Source: a virus (Duplodnaviria; Caudoviricetes). Taken from it: 41,060 bases of DNA. Location: positions 1 through 41,060 of the IMG/VR virus record IMGVR_UViG_3300033512_000027; one strand, 5' to 3'. A program made the position numbers and the translations under genes. The notes beneath the pieces are model-generated. The model saw only the letters and a program-made list of their open reading frames with translations, was not told the origin of the DNA and did no database searches. Below are positions 10,643-20,991 of this stretch, one piece after another. How positions within the stretch are numbered: the stretch's first letter is position 1; each line of letters begins with the position of its first letter.

Positions 10643-11389
10643 TTAATAAAATTTCATTACTACTATTACTACACTTGATAAACCTGCTGTAGATTCAACT
10701 GTAATATTTTGTGTTCCTGCTCCAGGAGTTTCTGTATACATTAATGAAAATGGAAATGAGTTTGTGTTATAATTTCCAAAATCAACTGTATCTTTTGTTG
10801 TTGAATTATATTTTAAGTAAACACTCGCACTACCATTTCCGTTACCCAAATGATACCCCTTAACCCAAACAATAACTTTTTGTCCTGCTAGTGTAGTAAG
10901 TGAATGTGTTGTTCCTGAAGATGTTTCTATTGTTGGGAACATATTTACTGGTACAAATAATTTAGCTCCAGTATTACCAACAGCTGTACCAGCGATTAAT
11001 TCAGTCTGTGTAGCTTCTTCTACTAGCCCTTTTGTTGTTGTATCAGCGTCAGGAGCTCCAGCAGCTACAATACCATCTATTGTGTCATTTAATTCCTTCC
11101 AATGCTCTGCTGTAATATTCATTCTTATTGATTCACCAATAGTATGAGTTTGTGCAGTTGTACCTCCTATTCCTCTATCTGAAACATTGCTTATTGTTAC
11201 ATAATCACCATATGCATTAGTTCCAGTTGCTGTATATTTAATTATTTCTCTTAATGTAGAATTATTAGGTGAAATAACTAACCATCCAGAAGATGATGTA
11301 GGTTTAACAGAAACATTAAAATCACCTGTTGTGGCTGTCCAGTTTCTAGTTATGATTGCTTTATAAAAATTTTGAATTATTGTACTCAT
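10643..11389 (-). CDS. short tail fibre / adaptor protein (paralogue of the adjacent gene)
   Basis: Shares the IQNF...GWLVISPNNS..REI.KYT...IRMNITAE.W...APDA...KGLVE.AT N-terminus with 11393-12514. Confidence 0.7.
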   Translation of the reverse strand: MSTIIQNFYKAIITRNWTATTGDFNVSVKPTSSSGWLVISPNNSTLREIIKYTATGTNAYGDYVTISNVSDRGIGGTTAQTHTIGESIRMNITAEHWKELNDTIDGIVAAGAPDADTTTKGLVEEATQTELIAGTAVGNTGAKLFVPVNMFPTIETSSGTTHSLTTLAGQKVIVWVKGYHLGNGNGSASVYLKYNSTTKDTVDFGNYNTNSFPFSLMYTETPGAGTQNITVESTAGLSSVVIVVMKFY

Positions 11390-11392
11390 ATA

Positions 11393-12514
11393 TTAATAAA
11401 ATTCTGTTACTATTACAATACCTGGTGCACCTGCTCCTCCACCTTCAGCTTGGGAACTATATTCTACTCCAGCACCAGAACCTCCTGAACCATATCCAGT
11501 TCCATTTGTACCAGCTTGAGTATTACTTCCATTATAAATCGAACTAGGACCTCCGACACCATAAAGTGATGAAGCTCCAGCTCCACCAATAGTAATACTA
11601 GTACCTGTAGCTCCGTGTTCACCTTTTTGACCGTTTATATTTATATCACCTCCTACTGCGGTTCCACCATTTCCTCCATCAAAATCACCACTTGCTGTAC
11701 TTACAGTACCTATCCCTCCTATTCCTCCTGTTGTTGTTACGTGAGTTCCAAAAGATGAATTACCTCCATTCCCACCATTATTAGAACCTGAACCAGTTAA
11801 TGCAGTTCCTGCTGTTCCTGCAATACCAATAGTAACTGTTTCAGTTACATTTAATGCTGATGCAATAATAAGTTTTTTTGAAGTACCACCTGAACCTCCT
11901 CCACCTCCAGCTTGGACATTACCAGTATTAGGAGTTGCTACTCCACCACCACCTCCTCCTCCAGCTTGAACTTCTACTTCTATATATCTTAGTCTTGCTG
12001 GTTTAGTCCATGTTGCTGGACTTACTGCGTTTAAATAAGTTCTTACTATTGGAGTAGGAATTGATAGTGAAGCATTTGCTGGTGTTAAAACTAAGTTAGC
12101 ACCAGTATCTCCTATAACTGTTCTTGCTAAAGCTTCTGCATCTGTAGCAATTTCAACTAATCCTTTTGTATCTGTCGCAGCATCGGGTGCTCCAGCAGCC
12201 ACAATATCATCAATAGCCTTGTTCATATCTGCCCAGTATTCAGCTGTAATATTCATACGAATAGGTTCTCCTTGTATATGAGTTTGCTCTGTAGTACCAC
12301 CAATTCCTCTTTCTGAAACAACAACATAATCTCCATTAATATCTGTTCCAGTAGAAGTATACTTAACTATCTCTCTAATATTTGAGTTATTAGGAGAAAT
12401 AACTAACCATCCATCTGTAATAGTTGGTTTTGTAGTAACGTAAAAATTACCAGTTCCTATAGACCAGTCTTGTGAGATGTTTGTTTTGAAAAAATTTTGA
12501 ATTTGCTTAGACAT
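11393..12514 (-). CDS. tail fibre with glycine-rich C-terminal domain
   Basis: Fibre N-terminus plus a Gly-rich domain (EVQAGGGGGGG...GGNSSFG...GAPGIVIVTEFY). Confidence 0.75.
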   Translation of the reverse strand: MSKQIQNFFKTNISQDWSIGTGNFYVTTKPTITDGWLVISPNNSNIREIVKYTSTGTDINGDYVVVSERGIGGTTEQTHIQGEPIRMNITAEYWADMNKAIDDIVAAGAPDAATDTKGLVEIATDAEALARTVIGDTGANLVLTPANASLSIPTPIVRTYLNAVSPATWTKPARLRYIEVEVQAGGGGGGGVATPNTGNVQAGGGGGSGGTSKKLIIASALNVTETVTIGIAGTAGTALTGSGSNNGGNGGNSSFGTHVTTTGGIGGIGTVSTASGDFDGGNGGTAVGGDININGQKGEHGATGTSITIGGAGASSLYGVGGPSSIYNGSNTQAGTNGTGYGSGGSGAGVEYSSQAEGGGAGAPGIVIVTEFY

Positions 12515-12525
12515 TTTATATATGT

Positions 12526-12554
12526 ATTATACCATAATTATAATAATAAGTCAA
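12526..12554 (-). promoter_or_regulatory. sigma70-type promoter
   Basis: Minus strand TTGACT-17 bp-TATAAT with extended TG. Confidence 0.75.
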
Positions 12555-12558
12555 GTAT

Positions 12559-14361
12559 TTACCTAACTGAAACAATACTAGAAGGAGTAAATGTTTTCTT
12601 TTCTTCTTTGAATCCATTTACAGCAAATTGTACTATAGTAAATGCTTCATTTAATCCTGAGTTTGTTAACTGAATGGTAAGTGATTGAGCCTTTGATAGA
12701 AATGATATACGTCTCTTTAGGAAAGGAGATGATTGAGGTGATTGTCCGAAACCATCAGCCCATAGGTTTTCTCCGAAGTCAACTTCACCAACTGTTGCAA
12801 GTTCATCTTCTGTTCCTAGACCAATATAGAATGTCTTTATTTTAGATGTTCTTATGTCTGATTTATCTTGGTATATTGTAACTTCAACTTTAGCTTGTAA
12901 GTTCTTGAACATTAAATCTAGATAACGATAAATGTTAAATAAGTTAAAGTCTTTGTCTTCTATCTTCTTAAATGTTACGCTAGATGTAATAGCAGAACCA
13001 TTGTCGTTTAATAATGATGTGTCCCATTTAAGTACTGAGAAAGGAGTAACATTCTTTACTGAGTAAATAGTATCTCTAATAGAATATAATTCTAGAGCTT
13101 TGGCTTTATCACGTGATGTGTATTTAGTCCAACTATTTTTATATAGAGTATGACAAACAAATATTGTGTCATTAATTGTTGGCGTTACAGATGATAACGA
13201 TATTGATAAATAGAATTTTCTATTGTTGTAATAACAACTAGTATAAGGAAAATTAGATTCATTAACATTATTAAGAGTTTCTTTAATTGCTTCAGATAAT
13301 ACAGAAGTATTAATACCAAGTACACCTGTTTGTTGGTCCTTAAATCCAAAAGCTCTTACTTCTCTTCCTGTATAAAACCAAATATCATTTTCTACCCAAA
13401 CAATAGCCTTACGAGAACAAGCTCCGTAATTACCAGATTGGAGTTCTTGCTTATTATAGTATGTTCCAATATTGTCTTGAACACGTGTAACTTTCCATAT
13501 TGATTTTTCTTTGAATACAAGTAAGAAACCATAGTAGTTAACTAGTCCTGTAATCTTGTCTGTACCAAGTGGTTTAAATACATCTGTTCCTGTAAATGTA
13601 GAAAGTACACCTGAATTAGAATAGTAAACTGTTCTAGGTTCAGCTGTAACTCCAGCTACATATAATTTATCTTCAAATATTTCGAGTATGTTTCCTTTTG
13701 GGGCTGATGAATAATCAGTAAATGTAGTACCATCCCATGTAAACATTGAATCAACTGCATTACAAGCATAAAGAATATCTCCTGCTGAATCTACTTTATA
13801 TCCAAATTGAGCATTAGCTGTAAATATTTTTTGTACAGTATGAACACCAGATTGTGAACCAGATGTTGCGATAGCAGAACCTCCTTTAGTTGCTGATATT
13901 TGGAAAGAATCAGTTGCAAGTACTGTAGATATAACATAGTAAGTTGTACCTGCAACAATACCTGTTGGCAATGCACCTGTAGTAGAAAAAACAACTTGAC
14001 TATCAACTCCAAATTTATGAGCTGTTTTTGTTATAACTCCTGGTGTTGCTATTGTTATTGTGGCTGTACCACCCCATACAATATTTTCCCATAGATTAGT
14101 TGTAGTATTATATTTCTGTAGATAAGTACCAAGTACTCTCATAAAATAAGAAGTCCCATTTTTCTTTTCAAAGTTAAACAATGAGTGAGGTTGTAGAGTT
14201 TCAGTTGCTCCAAATACAGAATAACCAGTATCTTTAGTAAGATAACCAGTTTCAATGAAATTCATATTTACAGGGACACTTCTTCCACGTGAGTCATCGA
14301 TGTCTATTGCTTCAGACATGTTATCCTGTACTATTGAGAATGATTGTTTCTTTAATGGCAT
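12559..14361 (-). CDS. tail tubular protein B / DNA stabilisation protein (P22 gp10-like)
   Basis: 600 aa beta-propeller-like sequence (VYYS...ITGL...LLVFKEKSIW...GAC); position after the adaptor gene. Confidence 0.75.
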   Translation of the reverse strand: MPLKKQSFSIVQDNMSEAIDIDDSRGRSVPVNMNFIETGYLTKDTGYSVFGATETLQPHSLFNFEKKNGTSYFMRVLGTYLQKYNTTTNLWENIVWGGTATITIATPGVITKTAHKFGVDSQVVFSTTGALPTGIVAGTTYYVISTVLATDSFQISATKGGSAIATSGSQSGVHTVQKIFTANAQFGYKVDSAGDILYACNAVDSMFTWDGTTFTDYSSAPKGNILEIFEDKLYVAGVTAEPRTVYYSNSGVLSTFTGTDVFKPLGTDKITGLVNYYGFLLVFKEKSIWKVTRVQDNIGTYYNKQELQSGNYGACSRKAIVWVENDIWFYTGREVRAFGFKDQQTGVLGINTSVLSEAIKETLNNVNESNFPYTSCYYNNRKFYLSISLSSVTPTINDTIFVCHTLYKNSWTKYTSRDKAKALELYSIRDTIYSVKNVTPFSVLKWDTSLLNDNGSAITSSVTFKKIEDKDFNLFNIYRYLDLMFKNLQAKVEVTIYQDKSDIRTSKIKTFYIGLGTEDELATVGEVDFGENLWADGFGQSPQSSPFLKRRISFLSKAQSLTIQLTNSGLNEAFTIVQFAVNGFKEEKKTFTPSSIVSVR

Positions 14362-14957
14362 TATATTAATCTAGTGTAAGTGAATAATTGACCTCCACGT
14401 TGATTACCTTCTTCGTAATTAGATTGTGTGGCTGTTCTTTGTTGAATCATTGTTTCATACTTAGATTTATAGTAAGCTGAAAGAGATTCATCTTGTAAGT
14501 CTTCGAAGGCTCTTTCTAATATTCCATAAATTAAACATTCATGGAAGTATTCATTTACTGAAGGTGTGGAACCAGCTGTAAGTGTTTGAAATGTTGGGTA
14601 ATATTTAACTTGTAGAGATGTTGTTGTTGTTGGATAACACTTAAATTGTCCACCTTCAACTGTAATCATTCTATCAAGTGTTTTGTTATCAAAGTCTTCT
14701 ATTGTTACTTCTTCAAATACAATATCTGATGAATCTTTAGCTGAACCATATAGTGTTCCAAAGTTAGCTGGAAGTGAACCAATACCATTTGAAAATGATA
14801 CTGTGGCTGATAGAACTTTATCATTTGTAAATATTCTCTTAACTAGGTCTATATTTGCTTGGTTAGCATATAAAAGAATAGTTTCATCAGAAATAATATC
14901 AGATGTTGTTTCTAATAGTTTTGCTCTTGCTAATGAAATTATTTGGTTTAGTGTCAT
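14361..14957 (-). CDS. head-tail adaptor / tail tubular protein A
   Basis: 198 aa; MTLNQIISLAR...LPANF...FHECLIYG pattern; directly after the capsid gene. Confidence 0.75.
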   Translation of the reverse strand: MTLNQIISLARAKLLETTSDIISDETILLYANQANIDLVKRIFTNDKVLSATVSFSNGIGSLPANFGTLYGSAKDSSDIVFEEVTIEDFDNKTLDRMITVEGGQFKCYPTTTTSLQVKYYPTFQTLTAGSTPSVNEYFHECLIYGILERAFEDLQDESLSAYYKSKYETMIQQRTATQSNYEEGNQRGGQLFTYTRLI

Positions 14958-14979
14958 GATTATATTTTATTAAGATTAA

Positions 14980-15023
14980 TTTGCTTATCCCTATCCCCCA
15001 TAATGAGGGACAGAGTAAGTAAA
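14980..15023 (-). terminator. hairpin after the major capsid gene (terminator or mRNA stabiliser)
   Basis: Imperfect inverted repeat TTTGCTTA..TCCC / GGGA..TAAGTAAA right after the capsid stop codon. Confidence 0.55.
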
Positions 15024-16130
15024 CTAGGCTAGTACAAGTCTTGCAACTGCACCGTGAGCACGATTACCATTGAACACTTTCTTACCCCATACTAGAAGTC
15101 CTTTACATGTTGAGATGAAAGAATCTTCTGACATTTCTGATGGAATAACTGAAGTCTTCATGATTTGTAGAGCGAAAGAACAGTATGTCTTTGTACCTGC
15201 TACGAACCAGTAACCTGTAGTGTTGTTTCCAGCAACTAGTTCTGAAGAGATAACTTTGAAGTTAGCAATAGAACCAATTAAACCTTTAACTACTACATTG
15301 TTGTAAGCACTTTCTACTGCTGGAATGAATTCAGGAGCTTGGCGTAGAACACCTTCGAACTCTGCGTTAACAACAATGAAACGGTCAGCACGTGGAGCTA
15401 GAGACTTGTTCAACATTGTTGAAAGGTCAACCAATCTCTTGTAAACTGTACTCTTATCTGTTGATAGAGCTACAGCACCTGCGATTGAGTAAGTAGCACC
15501 TGCTGATATAGCACCTCCTGAGTAAGTAGTTTCACCTAGGTCTTGAATAACAATTTCTGTGTTTGAGTTTCTAGCTGAAACATAGAATGAACCTGTTAAA
15601 CCTGCTGCTGTGAAGATACCTCCAACGTGTCCAGCTACGAATGTTGTACCTGTACCTGTAACAACTCCAGTTGTAGCTGCGATTGCAACTGTTCCTGTAG
15701 CGTAGGCTGTACCTAGCATGTTTGCTGAATTAACGTTCTTAGCCATGTATGCAAGAATATCTGTGTCGATTATTTCTGCCATGTCATTCTTTGTGTTAGA
15801 AGCGTATTCGTTAATAGCATCTATGTCGTTTTGCATCTTGTCGATGTCATCAACTCCGAATGAGAAGTACTTTTGCTTGTCTATGATTAGGTCTTCATAA
15901 GTAGGTGTCAATTCTTGTTTAACAAGAACCATACCTTTTGTATAGTCAGAAAGAGAAATCTTACCTGCTGTACGAACACGAACTCTATCTCCTGAATCCT
16001 TAATAGCACCTTCGTAAGATGTGTTTGTGATTTGTGGATAAATTGTGTCATTGTAGAGTAAATCTACTAGTTTTAGAGAATATTTTACTGGTGTAAAAGC
16101 TCCCATAACTGGTGTAATGTATTGAGTCAT
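15024..16130 (-). CDS. major capsid protein
   Basis: YEGAIKDSGDRVRV...LIIDKQKYFSFGVDDID...KGLLVWGKKV pattern of podovirus coat proteins; follows the scaffold gene. Confidence 0.9.
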   Translation of the reverse strand: MTQYITPVMGAFTPVKYSLKLVDLLYNDTIYPQITNTSYEGAIKDSGDRVRVRTAGKISLSDYTKGMVLVKQELTPTYEDLIIDKQKYFSFGVDDIDKMQNDIDAINEYASNTKNDMAEIIDTDILAYMAKNVNSANMLGTAYATGTVAIAATTGVVTGTGTTFVAGHVGGIFTAAGLTGSFYVSARNSNTEIVIQDLGETTYSGGAISAGATYSIAGAVALSTDKSTVYKRLVDLSTMLNKSLAPRADRFIVVNAEFEGVLRQAPEFIPAVESAYNNVVVKGLIGSIANFKVISSELVAGNNTTGYWFVAGTKTYCSFALQIMKTSVIPSEMSEDSFISTCKGLLVWGKKVFNGNRAHGAVARLVLA

Positions 16131-16177
16131 TTTTTTAAATTAATTATAAAACGTATAATGACGCAAACAATTAAGAA

Positions 16178-16951
16178 CTATATTTTACCAGATGCCATAT
16201 CGTCATTAAATTCTTTAGATAGCTTTCTGAATTGCTCAGGATTATCCTTAGCCATTCTTTGCCAATCTTCAAGTGAACGTTTAGTTGAGGTTTCTTTAGG
16301 ACCTGCTGTATTGCGTTCAATATCAATGCGATTATTTAAATCATCTGCTTCTTTAGCTCCAATTTCCTTAGCTTTATCAAACAAGTGAATTTTAGCTACA
16401 TCAAGTAAGATTGCTTCAATATTCTCAGGAACATTGTTAACATTATAATACTTGGCTCTAAACTCATCTATTGTATTGGCTAATTCAGGATATACTTGAA
16501 GTGTCTTATTACATGCTGATTCCCACTTTGTCTCGTTAAATTGTTTACGAGCAAATGCTATAGCTGGGTCTTTGTTAATCTCCGCTGTAGCCTTTGTAAC
16601 TATACCATTAGTATAATTAATAAACTGTTCCTTAGCATCCTCATCTAAGTCTTCAAATCCTGGAAAAGGATTATCTGCGTTTTGTCCAAATTGCTTTGAA
16701 CCTTGCCCTTGTGCAAGTAGTTCATTTTCGATTTTTAATCTTTCGATTTCAGAATCTTTCTCCTTTTGTACATCTAGGAGACGTAGAGCTTCCTTAGAAG
16801 ACTCACTAAACTTCTTTTCGTAATCAATAGCTGGGACGTTAGCTATTACTGGACTTATAGATGTTCCACCATCTTGCGTTCCGTCATTTAAGACAGAGTT
16901 TGCTTCTTCTTGTGTCATAATGTTTGTGCCGTCTCTTTCGAGGTTTGGCAT
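16178..16951 (-). CDS. capsid scaffolding protein
   Basis: Acidic helical 257 aa protein immediately upstream of the capsid gene. Confidence 0.7.
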   Translation of the reverse strand: MPNLERDGTNIMTQEEANSVLNDGTQDGGTSISPVIANVPAIDYEKKFSESSKEALRLLDVQKEKDSEIERLKIENELLAQGQGSKQFGQNADNPFPGFEDLDEDAKEQFINYTNGIVTKATAEINKDPAIAFARKQFNETKWESACNKTLQVYPELANTIDEFRAKYYNVNNVPENIEAILLDVAKIHLFDKAKEIGAKEADDLNNRIDIERNTAGPKETSTKRSLEDWQRMAKDNPEQFRKLSKEFNDDMASGKI

Positions 16952-16989
16952 AAATTAGACTAATAATCTCCTTTGAGTAGAGTAACTAA

Positions 16990-17325
16990 TTAATCCATTA
17001 ATTGCTTAATTGATTTCTCAGCCATTTGCTGTGCAACCTTTGGGCTATTAATGAAGTTTAATATCTTTTTAATGAACTTGATTTCAACTTGTCTGAATGT
17101 TATTACATCCTTATCCAAGCCTTCCTCACAAATTCTTGAAGTAGCTAAATCATATTCTGAGTTTAACCAATCTTCTACTTCTTTATCGGTTAATTTTCTT
17201 CCACTTAATATTTCTTCCCATTCTCTAAATGTTTTCTTTTCTTCTTCGTTTAACTGAGAGAATGATGTAAGTCCTAATTTTTTCAAATATTGTTGTAACA
17301 TATTATATATTTCCAGGTAGTGCAT
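16990..17325 (-). CDS. hypothetical head-module protein
   Basis: ORF between portal and scaffold; true start is probably the second Met (MLQQY, 17301). Confidence 0.6.
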   Translation of the reverse strand: MHYLEIYNMLQQYLKKLGLTSFSQLNEEEKKTFREWEEILSGRKLTDKEVEDWLNSEYDLATSRICEEGLDKDVITFRQVEIKFIKKILNFINSPKVAQQMAEKSIKQLMD

Positions 17326-18991
17326 TTGTATCTTTTACACTATCTTGTGGGTTGTTAACTTTACTTGGTGCTTCTTGCATTGCGTTCATTGGAGCTTGAG
17401 GGTTTTCTAGTGCCATAACTTGTGCAATTTCTTCATCAGTCCAGTCAAGTAATTCTAATTCTTTCTTTTTAGCAATCATTAGAGCTACTGGGTTTGTTGC
17501 AAATGAGTTCTTTATGTATTGAATCTTCTTTAGGTCAAAGTCATCTGCTGCACTTGCTTCTGATTCTACTTCTACTTTAACTTCGTATCCTTGAGGAGTT
17601 AAGAAGTCGCTAGTAAATATATCTTTAGGATTATAATTTCCGTTTGCACTCTTTTTGAATAGAGTAACAACACCTGTTTTATTATTCTTTAAGATTTCAT
17701 AGAATAGACATCCAAGTTCTTGCCAAGCTTTACGATAGTTCTTTGATACTACACTATTTCTTCCTTGTGAGTTTTGTAGTGATAGTTGAACTTGTCCTAA
17801 TGTTTGTTCTCCAGATTCTTTAACACCTCTTTCTAAGGCTGTTTGAGCTACTGAAGCTTGAACTAGGTCCTTAAGATAACTGATTTGATTATTTGTATCT
17901 CCAAGTGGATTAATATCCATTTGTTTAACCATTTCTGCTGGATTTCCTGGAACACCATACATTCCGAATGGCTTTGGGTCAAATGCTCTTGGTTGGAATG
18001 TACCATTCATTGTATTGAACCAATACATACCAAAGTTTCTGTATGTTCTGTTTTCAAGGTCTTGAGAGAAGTACATATTGATAACCTTGTTGATAGTTCT
18101 AACTGAATCAGCTATACCATCACTCCAGAAATCAACTGCATCAGGGTCTGAAGCCCAAGTTACTATAGGAATTTTAGAAATACCAATAGCTTCTTTTAAA
18201 GGTTTATCCAATAGGAGAACAGAATCAGTTGCGATTACTCTGATATGACGAACAAATTTCTTTACATCATCATGCCAAACTAAATCATAAGATTCGTTTA
18301 GTTCTACCATTACATCTGCTGTTTGATATTCATCAAAGTTTGTAACTCCAAGATTTTCTAATCTTTCTTTACGTAATTGATATGATTGCTCATCTGTAGC
18401 GGCTCTTAGTAATCCAGTCTTTGAATCAAGGAAATACTTTAATTCTTTCTTTGCTTGTGCATCATATTTAGGATTAGCTAAAATTTCTTTTAGTGAACGA
18501 TAAATATGTGTTTGAATAACATAAGTTGCTGTTTCCATATCTATCGGATTAACACGTGGGTCAATTTCAATATCATAAGGGTCTATAAGGTCGATGAATA
18601 CTTCACCACCTGATATACCAATCTTCTTGAATCCTCTTCCTGTTAAACCAACTATTTTCTTTTCTGCATTATCTAGAATATCTAGTTTACATTTCTCATA
18701 GTAATAATCATATAGTTCATTCATTACTATTTCTGAGTCTTTATCTTTATTACTATTATCACGTGTTTCAAACTTAAGTTTTGGTGGTTCATCTATCTTA
18801 GATAACCATGTTTGAATTGTTTCACGAATAACAGGAATATTAATAGGTTGACGTTGTGTCAATCTATTTGTGTTTACCTTATCTCTATATAAAGAGTATG
18901 ACTCGTTCCATTGTTGGAATCTACGTTCTTTGAACTTAGAGGAGTCATCTTTATTCTTTATGTGCTGTGATATTATTTGGGTTTTATCCAT
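17303..18991 (-). CDS. portal protein
   Basis: 562 aa after terL; P22-like portal features (IDPYDIEIDP, FWSDGIAD, EQTLGQVQ). Confidence 0.88.
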   Translation of the reverse strand: MDKTQIISQHIKNKDDSSKFKERRFQQWNESYSLYRDKVNTNRLTQRQPINIPVIRETIQTWLSKIDEPPKLKFETRDNSNKDKDSEIVMNELYDYYYEKCKLDILDNAEKKIVGLTGRGFKKIGISGGEVFIDLIDPYDIEIDPRVNPIDMETATYVIQTHIYRSLKEILANPKYDAQAKKELKYFLDSKTGLLRAATDEQSYQLRKERLENLGVTNFDEYQTADVMVELNESYDLVWHDDVKKFVRHIRVIATDSVLLLDKPLKEAIGISKIPIVTWASDPDAVDFWSDGIADSVRTINKVINMYFSQDLENRTYRNFGMYWFNTMNGTFQPRAFDPKPFGMYGVPGNPAEMVKQMDINPLGDTNNQISYLKDLVQASVAQTALERGVKESGEQTLGQVQLSLQNSQGRNSVVSKNYRKAWQELGCLFYEILKNNKTGVVTLFKKSANGNYNPKDIFTSDFLTPQGYEVKVEVESEASAADDFDLKKIQYIKNSFATNPVALMIAKKKELELLDWTDEEIAQVMALENPQAPMNAMQEAPSKVNNPQDSVKDTNALPGNI

Positions 18992-19021
18992 TTATATTTT
19001 TATTAGATTTTTTACTATTAC

Positions 19022-19050
19022 ATTATACCACAAAACAAAACATTTGTCAA
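19022..19050 (-). promoter_or_regulatory. sigma70-type promoter for portal/head genes
   Basis: Minus strand TTGACA-17 bp-TATAAT with extended TG. Confidence 0.8.
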
Positions 19051-19053
19051 GTG

Positions 19054-20340
19054 TTATAAACCAAGTTCTGGATACATCATTTCTACACCTCCACAAACTG
19101 ATTGATTATTATATCTATTTACGTGAATTGGTTGTTGTGGTATTTGCCAAACAGAAAGGGCTAATGACATAATTCTATCGTCATGTTTTCCATCTGGGAC
19201 TTGGATAGAAGTAGTTCCATTATCATTAAGGCTATATGACATTGATTTAAGTTCTGTGATTAGAACATCATCATTTGGTATTTTAATCTTATCTTGCTCT
19301 AATAAGATTTGTAGATTACGCAATAGGTCAGTTCTGGAAGCTTTATTGAATCTAAATGGTGTAATATTCATTCCACGTGCATTTAAGTCATCAAATATAG
19401 GTTCACCAACTCCAGTAGAGTCAATTACGATTCTTCCGCTATTATATCTAAGGTAAGCGTTCTCAATACGAGCCTTTTGAAGGTTATAATCCATTTGGTT
19501 GAATGAATCTTGCTTCTGTAGGTGGAAATCATTGAGATTAAATGGAGAAACTACTGTAAAGTCGTTATATTTAGCCAAGTCAACCCCAATTTGGTACATT
19601 GCTTGGTCTTTTGGAGTATATTCTTCCATTTTATAAGTGTTTTCATCGATACGTTTAAAGAATCCAAGTCCATTATCAAGGAAAGTACAGTAATACTCCT
19701 GCTTAAATAGGTCAGAAGGCATCTCTTTACGAGCATCTTCTAGTTGTTCTTCTGAAAGTGCTTTAGTTTTTTCAACAGTAAGTACTTCACAGAACCATTT
19801 AGAGTCGTGTTCTATAGTTTTTAGTAGGTCCCAAGCGTGATTAATACCACGGGGAGTCATAATGAAGATAGCCCATCCTCCGTTTTCACGTAGAATAGGT
19901 GAGATGAAGTTCCATACGTCAGGTTTCATAAGAGAGTACTCTGAGAATACAACTCCAATAGGGTTTGTTCCAACGATACGGTCAATATTATCAGCTCCAA
20001 CCATCTGTAGAATAGAACCATTAATAAGTTCTATAATCATATCTGATTGGTTGATTGATTTTACTATTTCTTTTGGAAAATGGTCTAAAAATTTGAATCC
20101 GTCTTTATCGGCACCTGTCCAGATAACCTTTTTAGCCTGGGCGTAAGTAGGTAGGAAGTAATAATAAGTTCCTTTACGTTCCATCATCTTCTTAGGAAGA
20201 TTGGCGAAGATTGTTTTATCTTTACCAGAACGTCTATGGGCAACCCAATATAGTCTATCTATTCCAGAGTCCCAAGCTTTAAGAATTGGTATCTGGTATT
20301 TACGTGGTTTAAAGTGGTAAGGTAGTGTTATTTCTGCCAT
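19054..20340 (-). CDS. terL: terminase large subunit
   Basis: PRKYQ adenine-binding motif, HRRSGKD Walker A, VVFSE Walker B, GVDLA nuclease motif, DSTGVG and HDDRIMSLAL. Confidence 0.95.
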   Translation of the reverse strand: MAEITLPYHFKPRKYQIPILKAWDSGIDRLYWVAHRRSGKDKTIFANLPKKMMERKGTYYYFLPTYAQAKKVIWTGADKDGFKFLDHFPKEIVKSINQSDMIIELINGSILQMVGADNIDRIVGTNPIGVVFSEYSLMKPDVWNFISPILRENGGWAIFIMTPRGINHAWDLLKTIEHDSKWFCEVLTVEKTKALSEEQLEDARKEMPSDLFKQEYYCTFLDNGLGFFKRIDENTYKMEEYTPKDQAMYQIGVDLAKYNDFTVVSPFNLNDFHLQKQDSFNQMDYNLQKARIENAYLRYNSGRIVIDSTGVGEPIFDDLNARGMNITPFRFNKASRTDLLRNLQILLEQDKIKIPNDDVLITELKSMSYSLNDNGTTSIQVPDGKHDDRIMSLALSVWQIPQQPIHVNRYNNQSVCGGVEMMYPELGL

Positions 20341-20341
20341 A

Positions 20342-20989
20342 TTATTTTTCTTCTGCTATTACATCAATAATTTTGTTCTCAATCATTTCCACAGCCTTAT
20401 CCACAACTTCTCCTTCGATTACTGCATCAGCATAAGATACGCTATTAACCTTTATTTCGCCTTGCATTGTTCCCTTAACTTCAGTCTTAGTAGAATAGCC
20501 TTCATCTTTCGCCAATGTTTGAGCAACGAATTTAGATACATCAATAACAGTTCTAAACACGTCTTTATCCATTTCTTCTACTTCTGTACCATCCTCATGT
20601 ATTTTCATTCTAGACCATTGTACATCTAGTGCTCGATTAAGATTACGTTCAGCCTTAGACATCATTGTAGAACGTCTAAGCTTGTCTTTCTTTTCTTTGA
20701 ACCACTTTTGATTACCAATGTTTATAGCTGTATTCAAAGAGAATCCAGCATCTAAAGCAGCTTGTTTAGCATTAGGATTACCACTTCTCCAAGACTTAAC
20801 ATAGTAGTCCCAACATAGTTGTCTACGGGCGAAGTCTTGATTCTTGTTTCTTTCAGATGGATGAGTAACAACGTTACCTACCTTAGATATATATACTTCT
20901 TCTTCAGTACCATCATCAAGAGTAATGATTCTAGTCTCACCATGTAAGAGAGGTTCAACTAATTCAATTTTCTTTGGTATTTCAGCCAT
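20342..20989 (-). CDS. terS: terminase small subunit
   Basis: NAKQAALDAGFS HTH motif typical of TerS; directly upstream of terL. Confidence 0.8.
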   Translation of the reverse strand: MAEIPKKIELVEPLLHGETRIITLDDGTEEEVYISKVGNVVTHPSERNKNQDFARRQLCWDYYVKSWRSGNPNAKQAALDAGFSLNTAINIGNQKWFKEKKDKLRRSTMMSKAERNLNRALDVQWSRMKIHEDGTEVEEMDKDVFRTVIDVSKFVAQTLAKDEGYSTKTEVKGTMQGEIKVNSVSYADAVIEGEVVDKAVEMIENKIIDVIAEEK

Positions 20990-20991
20990 AG

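Noticed and set aside
14960-15026. Amber read-through extension of the capsid protein
   Set aside because: Another TAG follows after 10 sense codons, then TAA; no fusion to the next gene.
1251-20146. Plus-strand ORFs within the structural arm (for example 4582-5190, 5648-6121)
   Set aside because: Antisense shadows of long minus-strand genes; the PLS repeats simply mirror the collagen GDK codons.
20397-20405. DnaA box inside terS
   Set aside because: It lies in coding sequence with no adjacent promoter and may be chance.
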